NCBI GenBank assembly: GCA_964016885.1
Contig: OZ024750.1
Span: forward strand, 37,572,001-37,636,000
Reading direction: 5' to 3'
DNA: 64,000 bases
From: Eledone cirrhosa
Lineage: Eukaryota
A model generated the notes under the pieces. The model did no database searches. It saw nothing but the letters and a program-made list of their open reading frames with translations, and had not been told where the DNA came from. A program made the position numbers and the translations under genes. Positions 28,537 to 41,718 of this stretch are shown piece by piece. Positions within the stretch are counted from its first letter, which is position 1; each line of letters opens with the position of its first letter.

Positions 28537-29102
28537 CATACATACATATATGTATACACATATGTATATATATATATATACACATATGTATATATATATA
28601 TATACATATATATATACACATATGTATATATATATATACATATATATATACACATATGTATATATATATATACATATATATATACACATGTGTATATATA
28701 CATATATATATATACATATATATGTCTATATATATACATATATATATATACATATATATGTCTATATATATACATATATATATATACATATATATGTCTA
28801 TATATATACATATATATGTCTATATATATATACATATATTTGTCTATATATATATACATATATTTGTCTATATATATACATATATATATACATATATATA
28901 CATATATATATATACATATATATACATATATATGTCTATATATATATAGACATATATATGTCTATATATATGCAAAAGTTCTATTTAAAATTGTTGGGAT
29001 ACAACAAGTAAATATTTTATAACTGATATAAAGCACTCGACAAGTTTTTGGAGTAGATATACGATATTAAATAAATGGAAACTATATTTATAAAACCATA
29101 TT

Positions 29103-29167
29103 TATTTCATTATACATATTTCAGGGATACCAAATTAAAATATGGTATGCCTTCATCAGACAAAATA
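29103..29167 (-). ncRNA. Minimal type I hammerhead ribozyme, family C, copy 2 (within pLTR 28971-29245)
   Basis: Same fold as 21592-21656; differences are confined to the stem II loop. Confidence 0.8.
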
Positions 29168-29245
29168 CAATATATAAACAGTTTTATAAATAATTTTGAC
29201 GTAGCCTATTAGATGCGACCATTATTTTTGGAAGCTGTCTGGATA

Positions 29246-29286
<41 letters not shown>

Positions 29287-29289
29287 GTC

Positions 29290-29324
<35 letters not shown>

Positions 29325-29355
29325 GTATATATATATATATATACACATATATGTC

Positions 29356-29388
<33 letters not shown>

Positions 29389-29481
29389 GTCTATATATAT
29401 ATATATATATATACATATGTCTATATATATATATATATATATATACATATGTCTATATATATATATATATACATATGTCTA

Positions 29482-29512
<31 letters not shown>

Positions 29513-29519
29513 GTCTATA

Positions 29520-29550
<31 letters not shown>

Positions 29551-29575
29551 GTCTATATATATATATACACACATA

Positions 29576-29635
<60 letters not shown>

Positions 29636-29701
29636 CACATATGTCTATATATATATATATATATACACATATGTCTATATATATATATATATATACACAT
29701 A

Positions 29702-29746
<45 letters not shown>

Positions 29747-29749
29747 GTC

Positions 29750-29782
<33 letters not shown>

Positions 29783-29835
29783 GTCTATATATATATATAT
29801 ATATATATACACATGTCTATATACACATGTATGTC

Positions 29836-29869
<34 letters not shown>

Positions 29870-29875
29870 TCTATC

Positions 29876-29906
<31 letters not shown>

Positions 29907-29971
29907 GTCTATCTATATATATATATATATATGTCTATATATATATATATATATGTCTATATATATATATA

Positions 29972-30028
<57 letters not shown>

Positions 30029-30049
30029 GTCTATATACACATGTATGTC

Positions 30050-30082
<33 letters not shown>

Positions 30083-30206
30083 ATATATATACACATATAT
30101 ATATATATATACACATATATATATATACACATATATGTCTATATACACATATGTCTATATACACATATATGTCTATATACACATATATGTCTATATATAT
30201 ATACAC

Positions 30207-31078
30207 ATCATCATCATCATCATCATCAACGTTTAACGTCCGTGTTCCACGCTTGCATGGGTTTGGACGGGGGTAGTCCCACTTGAGGCAAGAGTGATTG
30301 TCTTGCTCGCATAGGACTGTCTGGTAGGTTTTCTACAGTTGGATGCCCTTCCTAACACCAACCACATTTACAGTGTGGGTCTGGGAGGTTTTTACCGTGT
30401 TGCCTACACGGCCACATTACAGCGTGGACTGTGTGTTTTTTTGTCGTGACACCTACACGATCTCATTTGTTTCGGCCTCGATGGCGCGGCACCAACATAA
30501 CTTTACATAGAACGGGGTGGTGTGGATCGGGTGGGGGTGGGGGTGGTGGGACGGGGTGTATTTTGTTAGAGATGCCTACTGGCTGGAGTAGGTTTTACTA
30601 TATATTTAGGTAAGGCGGGTCTTCTCTGTTACTGAGTACCGCCAAAGGTCTCGGTCCAGTGACATTGTCTTGGAGAGGTGTAAGTGTGTGATGTCGGAGT
30701 TTATCAGCTCGTCCCAGGTTTTTCTAGGTCTGCCTATTCCGTGACTACCGTCTATCTTTATTGCCCTGCACTTTGTTATACAGCTATCGACTTTCATGCG
30801 CATCACGTGTCCATACCAACGTAGCCTTCTCTCGAGTAAACAACATCTGATCCCTCTTATCTCTAATTTATTCCTTAGTTCGTTTATGCTTTGCCGTTCA
30901 CGTATATTACTGTTACACATCCAGCGGAGCATGCAAGCTTCGTTCCTCTCTAGTCTGCGTATATCCTCTGCACACAATGCCCAGGTCTCACTGCCATGCA
31001 GCATTGCTGTTCGTATGCAGGCATCGTACAACCTGCCTTTCATTTTTAGTGAGAACCCTTTAGCAGCTAATAGTGGTA
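30207..31078 (-). mobile_element. RTE family 2 3' fragment, near-identical to 27050-27892
   Basis: Direct alignment by eye; same C-terminal translation. Confidence 0.9.
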
Positions 31079-31262
31079 TATATATATATATACACATATA
31101 TGTCTATATACACATATGTCTATATACACATATGTCTATATACATATATATATATATACACACATATATGTCTATATATATATATATATACACATATATA
31201 TGTCTATATATATATATATATACACATATGTCTATATATATATATACACACACATATATGTC

Positions 31263-31294
<32 letters not shown>

Positions 31295-31335
31295 TGTCTA
31301 TATATATACATATGTCTATATATATATATACACAC

Positions 31336-31409
<74 letters not shown>

Positions 31410-31411
31410 TC

Positions 31412-31463
<52 letters not shown>

Positions 31464-31487
31464 GTGTCTATATATATATATATATAC

Positions 31488-31529
<42 letters not shown>

Positions 31530-31615
31530 GTGTCTATATATATATATATATACACATATGTGTATATATATATATATATACACACACATATGTGTATATA
31601 TATATATATACACAC

Positions 31616-31657
<42 letters not shown>

Positions 31658-31717
31658 GTGTATATATATATATATATATACACACATGTGTATATATATA
31701 TATATATATATACACAC

Positions 31718-31756
<39 letters not shown>

Positions 31757-31810
31757 CATGTGTATATATATATATATATATAGACATATATGTGTATATA
31801 TATATATACA

Positions 31811-32135
31811 TGGAGGCACATGGCTTAGTGGTTAGAGCATTGGCCTTGCAATCGAAAGGTTGTGAGTTCAATTCTCAGACCGGGTGATGTGTTGTTTCCT
31901 TGAGCAAGACACTTTATTTCACATTGCTCCAGTTTACTCAGCTGTAGAAATGAGATGATAGGGACTGGGGTCCCTATCATTCCACTGCAAAGTGGTCGTG
32001 GAGGTGCCACGGCAAAAAAGCACCCAGCACTCACTGTAAATGAAGTTGGTGTTAGGAAGGGCATCCAGCTGTAGAAATCAAGCCAGATTCAGTTCCCGTC
32101 CCACCCTTGCAAGCAGGGAAAAGCGGACGTAAAAT
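31811..32135 (+). mobile_element. tRNA-headed SINE with CORE-like segment and RTE-derived tail
   Basis: A box TGGCTTAGTGG, B box GAGTTCAATTC, CCTTGAGCAAGACACTT. The tail matches the RTE family 1 3' end. Confidence 0.85.
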
Positions 32136-32163
32136 GAAATGAAAAGATATATATACACATATA

Positions 32164-32207
<44 letters not shown>

Positions 32208-32239
32208 TGTCTATATATATATATATATACACACATATA

Positions 32240-32397
<158 letters not shown>

Positions 32398-32481
32398 TGT
32401 CTATATATATTTGAAGAGACATAAGTATGTCATCAAGAAACTACTGGTAAAAGAAATAATTATCTTATGTTGTTTATTACA

Positions 32482-32555
<74 letters not shown>

Positions 32556-32556
32556 G

Positions 32557-32855
32557 GTACATGGCTTAGTGGTTAGACCATTGACCTTGCAATCGAAAGG
32601 TGTATTGTTTCCTTGAGCAAGACACTTTATTTCACATTGCTCCAGTTTACCCAGCTGTAGAAATGAGATGATAGGGACTGGGGTCCCTATCATTCCACTG
32701 CAAAGTGGTCGTGGAGGTGCCACGGCAAAAAAGCACCCAGCACTCACTGTAAACGAGGTTGGTGTTAGGAAGGGCATCCAGCTGTAGAAATCAAGCCAGA
32801 ATCAGTTCCCGTCCCACCCTTGCAAGCAGGGAAAAGTGGACGTAAAATGAAATGG
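32557..32855 (+). mobile_element. Same SINE, B box deleted
   Basis: Aligns to 31811-32135. Confidence 0.85.
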
Positions 32856-33089
32856 TGATGAAGATGAAAAATGATGATAAATATATACATTGTGCTATTT
32901 TCATACTTGTAATTGGTTAATATTTATTATTACCCAATTGGGTAATATTTATTATTACCCACATTATATATATATATATATATAAATATATATATACTTG
33001 ATCAACCCTCCGAAACGAGCGTAGAACAATGATGATATGAATAGTAAAATAATTTGACTATGTTATTATTTTCATTGTTAAATTAATAT

Positions 33090-33142
<53 letters not shown>

Positions 33143-34564
33143 AAAGAGAGTGTGGTAAGATAACAGGTGGATCATAACGCACCAGAGTACTGGATACTTG
33201 GTGTAGCAGAGTGGGTAATATCAAAAGATTCAGGACCCCGACGGCTGAGCTCCGGTCGTTTCAACAGCTGTGTGTGTATATATATATATATATATAATTT
33301 ATTAAAGCCAAGTCTTGTTTGTCTGGAGTTTCGCCTGTGTGTTTACAGGATCATGAAGCAAGTGTTGTCTTATGGTGGAAGTTGTAAAGATAATTTATGG
33401 ACACCTTGTGTGTGTGTGTGTGTGTTAAATAGAAAAAGGAAGCAATGTTCTGGGATAGTTCCCTTCATCGAAGCTCCTGTATCTATTCCCATGCTGGGAT
33501 CGGTGGTCATTCTCAAACGTTACATTTTCTTTACTTTACCAATCAACATCATCTAATTATGTTTACTGTAATTATTTTAGCAGGCACTGGTCACCATAAA
33601 ATTCGTTAAATATTGGCGATTATCTTTCATTACTATTAGAATATATTTTTATCAAAGGATGAGAATTTGATAGATGTAAATGATATAATGGTCAAACGAC
33701 AGACAACATTCACATACAAGGATATATATGCAATCAGTATGTTAACTTCGACCTTAAAAGAAGAAATCACATTTGTATAATTTTTTTCGATAAAATAAAT
33801 GACTAAGGGTAGGTTCGGCTTATTACGGTCTCTGTTGAAATGTCTTTTATACTTGTGGAGTCGATAAAGTAGCAGTACTGATTTTGGCTTATTTTCCAAT
33901 AATATATGCTTACAAGGAATGGAATTATAATAGAAAATAATTGTTTCTACTTTAGGCACAAGGCCAGCAATTAACCAGTGCATTACTGGTACTTTATTAT
34001 AATAGAAAATAATAAAACCTTAGTACGTGGAGAGAAATTAGTTTGTACTAGGTGAGAGTAGTTGATAATATAGAGGAATATATGTGAAGAGGAAAACTTC
34101 ACACTGTTGATTCAATTGTCTCCACTAAATATTTCCAATAGGTTCATTTCCAAAAAAGAAACTATATTTTGGAAATATTTTCCAGAGAACAAAAATAGAA
34201 TCGGCAGAAATATCCTTCTTAGAAGGTTTTGGATTGGGTCCACAACCACGGACAGAAGCGCTTCTTTTAAAACAACTAACAAGATTTTCCGTTAAAATGA
34301 TTACCGTCGCAAATTAAGACTTCTTTAATAAATACATTTACATGGAGAACATATTTAATAATTTTAGAATAGTTGAAATTAAAATATCAATAACAATTTT
34401 ATAGTTAATTTCAATTGAAAACATGTCTAAAAAAAAAAAAAACGATACCACGTTAATGAAAATAACATGAAAATACATGAAAGAAACATTTCATTCCAGG
34501 TGAATTTATGAAATAAATAAAGTTTTACACTTAGAAAGTTAACATTTTCGTTGTTTTTACTCAC

Positions 34565-34865
34565 CTTTTACATCTGTAGCCAGTTTTTTCCAGAGCGGAG
34601 CAAATTTAATGCAGTGGCCACACCAGCTATTATAAAATTCAATAAACCATAACTTGGGAGATCCTGTCACAGACTGAACGAAATCCTTTTCGTTCAAGAC
34701 AACAACATCATCTGTTACCGAACTGTAAAGACCGGTTGATTCAACTAACGTTAAATGAGAAACACCCAAGTAAAAGACAAGCCATAATGCCACAATAAAA
34801 GAAGACTGAACACACAATATCCTCATATTTCGAAGATGGCCATTACTCTTAGTACTAGCTATCAT
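34565..34865 (-). CDS. QSOX: Quiescin sulfhydryl oxidase (QSOX), first coding exon: signal peptide plus thioredoxin N-terminus
   Basis: Hydrophobic leader then GLYSSVTDDVVVL..FVQSVTGSPKLWFIEFYNSWCGHCIKFAPLWKKLATDVK. Donor AG|GTGAGT at 34565/34564 (phase 1). ATG at 34865, or 34826 (better signal-peptide start). Confidence 0.88.
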
Positions 34866-35023
34866 AAATGAACAACTTGGTCGGAATGCCAATAAGGAAA
34901 TGGTTAACTGGTTATCAGCTTAAAGAAGTGCTTTTTAACATGTCATTTCATAGGAATAAAATCATAATTAACAAATGCGGCTTTAGTTTATCAGCAGTGA
35001 ACAACAACAGATCTTATTTATAG

Positions 35024-35072
<49 letters not shown>

Positions 35073-35704
35073 TCTCTTACAGCAAACGACAGCTGTGTTG
35101 TTTTGTTTGTTGTTTATATATACAATGTATATATATATATATACATACAATGTATATATATAATATATATATATATATATTATATTATATTATATACTTT
35201 CTCTTGTGTGTCTACAAGAGAATTTAATCAGGGGAGTTAACTCTTTAACACGCTTGTACATATGCAAATAGATAGATATCTAACAATGTACACTTACATA
35301 CATAGATATATATATATAGATAGAGAGATATATAAAGAGTACACATGTAGATATGAAATTACACATAGGGACAATTTCATAAACTTTCCCCTCTACGTTA
35401 GCATGTCTTTGGTGTATTCAGCTAAACTGACTGCTTGTTGACTGGCTTACAAGGATCCTGTTTCTAGTACACTGTTAGAATTCGTAAGAGGGAAGGGAAG
35501 TTTTAAGCAGACGAATAAAATCTAGTTTGACAAAAGGATATTATAGCCAGTGTTGTTACTAATTTTAACAACGTAATTGGGAAATAAAATGACACATCAA
35601 ATCAAGAAATTAAAATTGCTCACACCCATACATATACATATACGCACAACATATATATTTATATAAATATGTACATAAATGCAATTGGTAGGAACCTTAT
35701 AAAT

Positions 35705-38700
35705 ATTTTCTTCTACTTCTTTTCTTCTACCACTTATTCCTGTGAGGGTCGTTGGGAACAGAGTCCCTCAAACACTCCTTCCAGCGGGTCCTGTGAGGGT
35801 CGTTGGGAACAGAGTCCCTCAAACACTCCTTCCAGCAAGTCCTGTGAGGGTCGTTGGGAACAGAGTCCCTCAAACACTCCTTCCAGCAAGTCCTGTGAGG
35901 GTCGTTGGGAACAGAGTCCCTCAAACACTCCTTCCAGCAAGTCCTGTGAGGGTTGTTGGGAACAGAGTCCCTCAAACACTCCTTCCAGCGGGTCCTGTGA
36001 GGGTCGTTGGGAACAGAGTCCCTCAAACACTCCTTCCAGCGGGTCCTGTGAGGGTCGTTGGGAACAGAGTCCCTCAAACACTCCTTCCATCGGGTCCTGT
36101 GAGGGTCATGGGAACAGAGTCTCTCAAACACTCCTTCCAGCGGGTCCTGTGAGGGTCGTTGGGAACAGAGTCCCTCAAACACTCCTTCCATCGGGTCCTG
36201 TGAGGGTCATGGGAACAGAGTCTCTCAAACACTCCTTCCAGTGGGTCCTGTGAGGGTCGTTGGGAACAGAGTCCCTCAAACACTCCTTCCATCGGGTCCT
36301 GTGAGGGTCATGGGAACAGAGTCCCTCAAACACTCCTTCCATCGGGTCCTGTGAGGGTCATGGGAACAGAGTCCCTCAAACACTCCTTCCAGCGGGTTCT
36401 GTGAGGGTCGTGGGAACAGAGTCCCTCAAACACTCCTTCCAGCGGGTTCCGTGAGGGTCGTGGGAACAGAGTCCCTCAAACACTCCTTCCATCGGGTCCT
36501 GTGAGGGTCGTTGGGAACAGAGTCTCTCAAACACTCCTTCCAGCGGGTTCTGTGAGGGTCGTGGGAACAGAGTCCCTCAAACACTCCTTCCATCGGGTCC
36601 TGTGAGGGTCGTTGGGAACAGAGTCTCTCAAACACTCCTTCCAGCGGGTCCTGTGAGGGTCGTGGGAACAGAGTCCCTCAAACACTCCTTCCAGCGGGTT
36701 CTGTGAGGGTCGTGGGAACAGAGTCCCTCAAACACTCCTTCCAGCGGGTCCTGTGAGGGTCGTGGGAACAGAGTCCCTCAAACACTCCTTCCATCGGGTC
36801 CTGTGAGGGTCGTGGGAACAGAGTCCCTCAAACACTCCTTCCATCGGGTCCTGTGAGGGTCATGGGAACAGAGTCCCTCAAACACTCCTTCCAGCGGGTT
36901 CTGTGAGGGTCGTGGGAACAGAGTCCCTCAAACACTTCTTCCAGCGGGTTCTGTGAGGGTCGTGGGAACAGAGTCCCTCAAACACTCTTTCCATCGGGTC
37001 CTGTGAGGGTCGTTGGGAACAGAGTCTCTCAAACACTCCTTCCAGCGGGTTCTGTGAGGGTCGTGGGAACAGAGTCCCTCAAACACTCCTTCCATCGGGT
37101 CCTGTGAGGGTCGTTGGGAACAGAGTCTCTCAAACACTCCTTCCAGCGGGTCCTGTGAGGGTCGTGGGAACAGAGTCCCTCAAACACTCCTTCCAGCGGG
37201 TTCTGTGAGGGTCGTGGGAACAGAGTCCCTCAAACACTCCTTCCATCGGGTCCTGTGAGGGTCGTGGGAACAGAGTCCCTCAAACACTCCTTCCATCGGG
37301 TCCTGTGAGGGTCATGGGAACAGAGTCCCTCAAACACTCCTTCCAGCGGGTTCTGTGAGGGTCGTGGGAACAGAGTCCCTCAAACACTCCTTCCAGCGGG
37401 TCCTGTGAGGGTCGTTGGGAACAGAGTCCCTCAAACACTCCTTCCAGTGGGTCCTGTGAGGGTCGTTGGGAACAGAGTCCATCAAACACTCCTTCTAGCG
37501 GGTTCTGTGAGGGTCGTGGGAACAGAGTCTCTCAAACACTCCTTCTAGCGGGTCCTGTGAGGGTCATGGGAACAGAGTCCCTCAAACACTCCTTCCAGCG
37601 GGTCCTGTGAGGGTCGTTGGGAACAGAGTCCCTCAAACACTCCTTCCAGCGGGTCCTGTGAGGGTCGTTGGGAACAGAGTCCCTCAAACACTCCTCCCAG
37701 CGGGTCCTGTGAGGGTCGTTGGGAACAGAGTCCCTCAAACACTCCTTCCAGTGGGTCCTGTGAGGGTCGTTGGGAACAGAGTCCATCAAACACTCCTTCT
37801 AGCGGGTCCTGTGAGGGTCGTGGGAACAGAGTATCTCAAACACTCCTTCCAGCGGGTCCTGTGAGGGTCGTGGGAACAGAGTCTCTCAAACACTCCTTCC
37901 AGCGGGTCCTGTGAGGGTCATGGGAACAGAGTCTCTCAAACACTCCTTCCAGCGGGTCCTGTGAGGGTCATGGGAACAGAGTCCCTCAAACACTTCTTCC
38001 AGCGGGTCCTGTGAGGGTCATGGGAACAGAGTCTCTCAAACACTCCTTCCAGCGGGTCCTGTGAGGGTCGTGGGAACAGAGTCCCTCAAACACTTCTTCC
38101 AGCGGGTCCTGTGAGGGTCGTTGGGAACAGAGTCTCTCAAACACTCCTTCCAGCGGGTCCTGTGAGGGTCGTGGGAACAGAGTCCCTCAAACACTTCTTC
38201 CAGCGGGTCCTGTGAGGGTCATGGGAACAGAGTATCTCAAACACTCCTTCCAGCGGGTCCTGTGAGGGTCGTGGGAACAGAGTCTCTCAAACACTCCTTC
38301 CAGCGGGTCCTGTGAGGGTCATGGGAACAGAGTCTCTCAAACACTCCTTCCAGCGGGTCCTGTGAGGGTCATGGGAACAGAGTCCCTCAAACACTTCTTC
38401 CAGCGGGTCCTGTGAGGGTCATGGGAACAGAGTCTCTCAAACACTCCTTCCAGCGGGTCCTGTGAGGGTCGTGGGAACAGAGTCCCTCAAACACTTCTTC
38501 CAGCGGGTCCTGTGAGGGTCGTGGGAACAGAGTCCCTCAAACACTTCTTCCAGCGGGTCCTGTGAGGGTCGTTGGGAACAGAGACCCTCAAACACTTCTT
38601 CCAGCGGGTCCTGTGAGGGTCGTGGGAACAGAGTCCCTCAAACACTTCTTCCAGCGGGTCCTGTCAGAAGCAACCGTCTCCAACTGATCCGGCTGGATCC

Positions 38701-38780
38701 CCCAAGCGTGACCAGCCAAGCTCATGGATGTTATCCACCCATCTTACTCGGGGTCTTCCCCTGGTTCTCCTACCCGTTGG
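35705..38780 (-). mobile_element. 3' end of an RTE (Expander-like) LINE containing the amplified 51-bp unit
   Basis: Minus strand of 38665-38780 reads PTGRRTRGRPRVRWVDNI..LGWSRLG. (GAA)-rich tail at 35705-35735. Confidence 0.7.
35738..38665. repeat. 50/51-bp minisatellite, roughly 58 copies
   Basis: Unit GTCCTGTGAGGGTCGTTGGGAACAGAGTCCCTCAAACACTCCTTCCAGCGG. Confidence 0.97.
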
Positions 38781-39302
38781 CTAAGGTACTGAAACAGCCA
38801 GGCACCCTCATGGGCATCACCTGACACCTTGGCAAGCGAACACAGTGGTAGCATTACTGTGGATGATGGCGAGGCTAAGGTACTGAAACAGCCAGGCACC
38901 CTCATGGGCATCACCTGACACCTTGGCAAGTGAACACAGTGGTAGCATTACTGTGGATGATGGCGAGGCTAAGGTACTGAAACAGCCAGGCACCCTCATG
39001 GGCATCACCTGACACCTTGGCAAGTGAACACAGTGGTAGCATTACTGTGGATGATGGCGAGGCTAAGGTACTGAAACAGCCAGGCACCCTCATGGGCATC
39101 ACCTGACACCTTGGCAAGCGAACACACTGGTAGCATTACTGTGGGTGATGGCGAGGCTAAGGTACTGAAACAGCCAGGCACCCTCATGGGCATCACCTGA
39201 CACCTTGGCAAGTGAACACAGTGGTAGCATTACTGTGGGTGATGGCGAGGCTAAGGTACTGAAACAGCCAGGCACCCTCATGGGCATCACCTGACACCTT
39301 GG
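38779..39302. repeat. 94-bp tandem repeat, about 5.5 copies
   Basis: GGCTAAGGTACTGAAACAGCCAGG...GATGGCGA with period 94. Confidence 0.97.
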
Positions 39303-39623
39303 TAAGGTGAGCTGCTAACAATAACGAGAACTTTGCTCTCAGTGACCCAGCTCCATGAAATGTCTCGAATACCACAGGTGGGACAAAAATAGTTATTTGA
39401 CAGTTCCTGGTATTTTAGGATATTATTCCATTCAGCTACGGAAGCAGTGACCCTCACATTTACCGCAGCCTCCATGGTGTGGGAAGGAGTAAGAGAGTCA
39501 CTGACTGTGGTATCTCAGGATAACACGACCTGCTCTCTTCCCATCAATTCTGGATAATCCAGTCAACTCCAGAACTGATGGGATATTTACTCGAGCTAGG
39601 GCCCTGTTAATGATCAGATCTAA

Positions 39624-40540
39624 CTTGGAGTGGAGGGTGAAATGACTATCATGGAGTGGAGGGTGAAGTGACCAGCTTGGAGTGGTGGGTGAAGTGACCA
39701 TCATGGAGTGGAAGGGGAAGTGACCAGCTTGGAGTGGAGTGGAGGGGGAAGTGACCAGCTTGGAGTGGTGGGTGAAGTGACCAGCTTGGAGTGGAGTGGA
39801 GGGTGAAGTGACCAGCTTGGAGTGGAGGGTGAAGAGACCAGCATGGAGTGGAGGGTGAAGAGACCAGCATGGAGTGGAGGGTGAAGAGACCAGCTTGGAG
39901 TGGAGTGGAGGGTGAAGTGACCAGCTTGGAGTGGAGGGTGAAGTGACCAGCTTGGAGTAGTGGGTGAAGTGACCATCATGGAGTGGAAGGGGAAGTGGCC
40001 AGCTTGGAGTGGAGGGTGAAGAGACCAGCATGGAGTGGAGGGTGAAGAGACCAGCTTGGAGTGGAGTGGAGGGGGAAGTGACCAGCTTGGAGTGGAGGGT
40101 GAAGAGACCAGCATGGAGTGGAGGGTGAAGAGACCAGCATGGAGTGGAGGGTGAAGAGACCAGCTTGGAGTGGAGTGGAGGGTGAAGTGACCAGCTTGGA
40201 GTGGAGGGTGAAGTGACCAGCTTGGAGTAGTGGGTGAAGTGACCATCATGGAGTGGAAGGGGAAGTGGCCAGCTTGGAGTGGAGGGTGAAGAGACCAGCA
40301 TGGAGTGGAGGGTGAAGAGACCAGCTTGGAGTGGAGTGGAGGGGGAAGTGACCAGCTTGGAGTGGAGGGGGAAGTGACCAGCTTGGAGTGGAGGGTGAAG
40401 TGACCAGCTTGGAGTGGAGGGTGAAGTGACCAACATGGAGTGGAGGGTGAAGTGACGAACATGGAGTGGAGGGTGAAGTGACCAGCTTGGAGTGGAGGGT
40501 GAAGTGATCAACATGGAGTGGAGGGTGAAGTGACGAACAT
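39624..40540. repeat. 26-bp (31-bp variant) G-rich minisatellite with a 270-bp higher-order duplication
   Basis: Unit AGCTTGGAGTGGAGGGTGAAGTGACC. A 90-aa block is repeated in ORF 39498-40628. Confidence 0.95.
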
Positions 40541-41358
40541 TCTGGTGGCAAGAAAAACCGTGGAGGTCTGTGGATATTGACAATGATTTTTTTTTATGTT
40601 TAATATAATTAATCATAATCATCATCACCGTTTAATGTCCATTTCCCCATGCTAGCATGGGTTAGACAAGTTGTCCCGTTGAGACAAACCAGATCAGTTG
40701 GAGACAGTTGCTTCTGACTGTACCTGCTGGAAGGAGTGTTTGACAACCCTCTCATGAATAAATGGGTGAAGAAGAAGAAAAGAAGAAATTATATATAGTC
40801 TTGTAATTCCTTCTTGGGCACATGTAAAATATTTACCAATAATTCCTCACCACTAAACTTCAATTATCTCAGCAAGAAAATTCTCATGAAAATGTCTTTT
40901 TTTTAAATTAATTTCATACCTTCTTGTTGGGTTGAAGGTGTGAAAATGTGACATTAAAACATTTTAAATAGATTCTGTAGCTATTTTAGATGAAGGCAAA
41001 GGTGTACTGGCAGTGATGTGTGAAACTGACTTAGCTTCTTGTTAATTGGGTTAATTGTGGTTAATTATATATATTTATAGGCTGTCCCCTTTATTTACGT
41101 GTCCCAACGACTTTCTTTAGCCGTTGCTCGCACCAACCGGAGGTATATGGTCTTTAAAGCGAAGAAATACCGATGATGGTTGGAAGATCAAGTTTAAGTT
41201 TAAGCAAAGAATCGCTGCTTTCACCCAGATTCTTTGCTTAAACTTGAATCTGTTATTTTAATAAATATTTGCTCTACGGTTCTTATATATTTGATATATA
41301 TTTATCCTTATCGAGCCCTCTCTGGATTTTAGTCTTCAAATTTATTATTATTACTATA

Positions 41359-41541
41359 TATATTGAAAAGATAACAAGGACGATTGGTTACTCCTTCATT
41401 ACATTTATTGGTAGGTGACGCGCGTTTCGCCACTGATCAGCTCAAGGTTTGATCTGTATCGATCTTGTGCCGAAACGCACGTCACCTACCAATAAATGTA
41501 ACGAAGGAGTAACCAATTGTCCTTGTTATCCTTTCAATATA
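41359..41541. repeat. ~70-bp-arm inverted repeat of Penelope-type sequence
   Basis: ATATTGAAAAGATAACAAGG...GACGCGCGTTTCG versus CGAAACGCACGTC...CCTTGTTATCCTTTCAATAT. Confidence 0.85.
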
Positions 41542-41718
41542 ATACACTCTGTATAGCTCTACACCTCGACACAGAAGTGAACCTAAACATCAAGTGCTCA
41601 CCCCGGTGAACCTGCTGTAACTCCAAGTTACACTCCCTAGATATATATATATATATATATAACATCATCATCATCATCATCATCATCATCGTTTAACATA
41701 TATATATATATATATATA

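Larger units (their letters stand above)
38779..40575 (-). mobile_element. CRE-clade non-LTR element, C-terminal zinc-knuckle and restriction-like endonuclease remnant
   Basis: HGFSC..., IINRALARVNIPSVLELTGLSRIDGKR, KYQELS, FETF, GDAHEGAWLFQYLSLAI..SNA resemble CRE RLE motifs. Confidence 0.65.

Noticed and set aside
31811-31885. tRNA-like A/B boxes, here and at the other SINE heads
   Set aside because: No cloverleaf; the sequence continues into the SINE body.
35669-40628. Repetitive Ser/Pro/His-rich ORFs and a superficial CRISPR-like look
   Set aside because: Head-to-tail minisatellites with no unique spacers and no cas genes; frames break in the 50-bp units.
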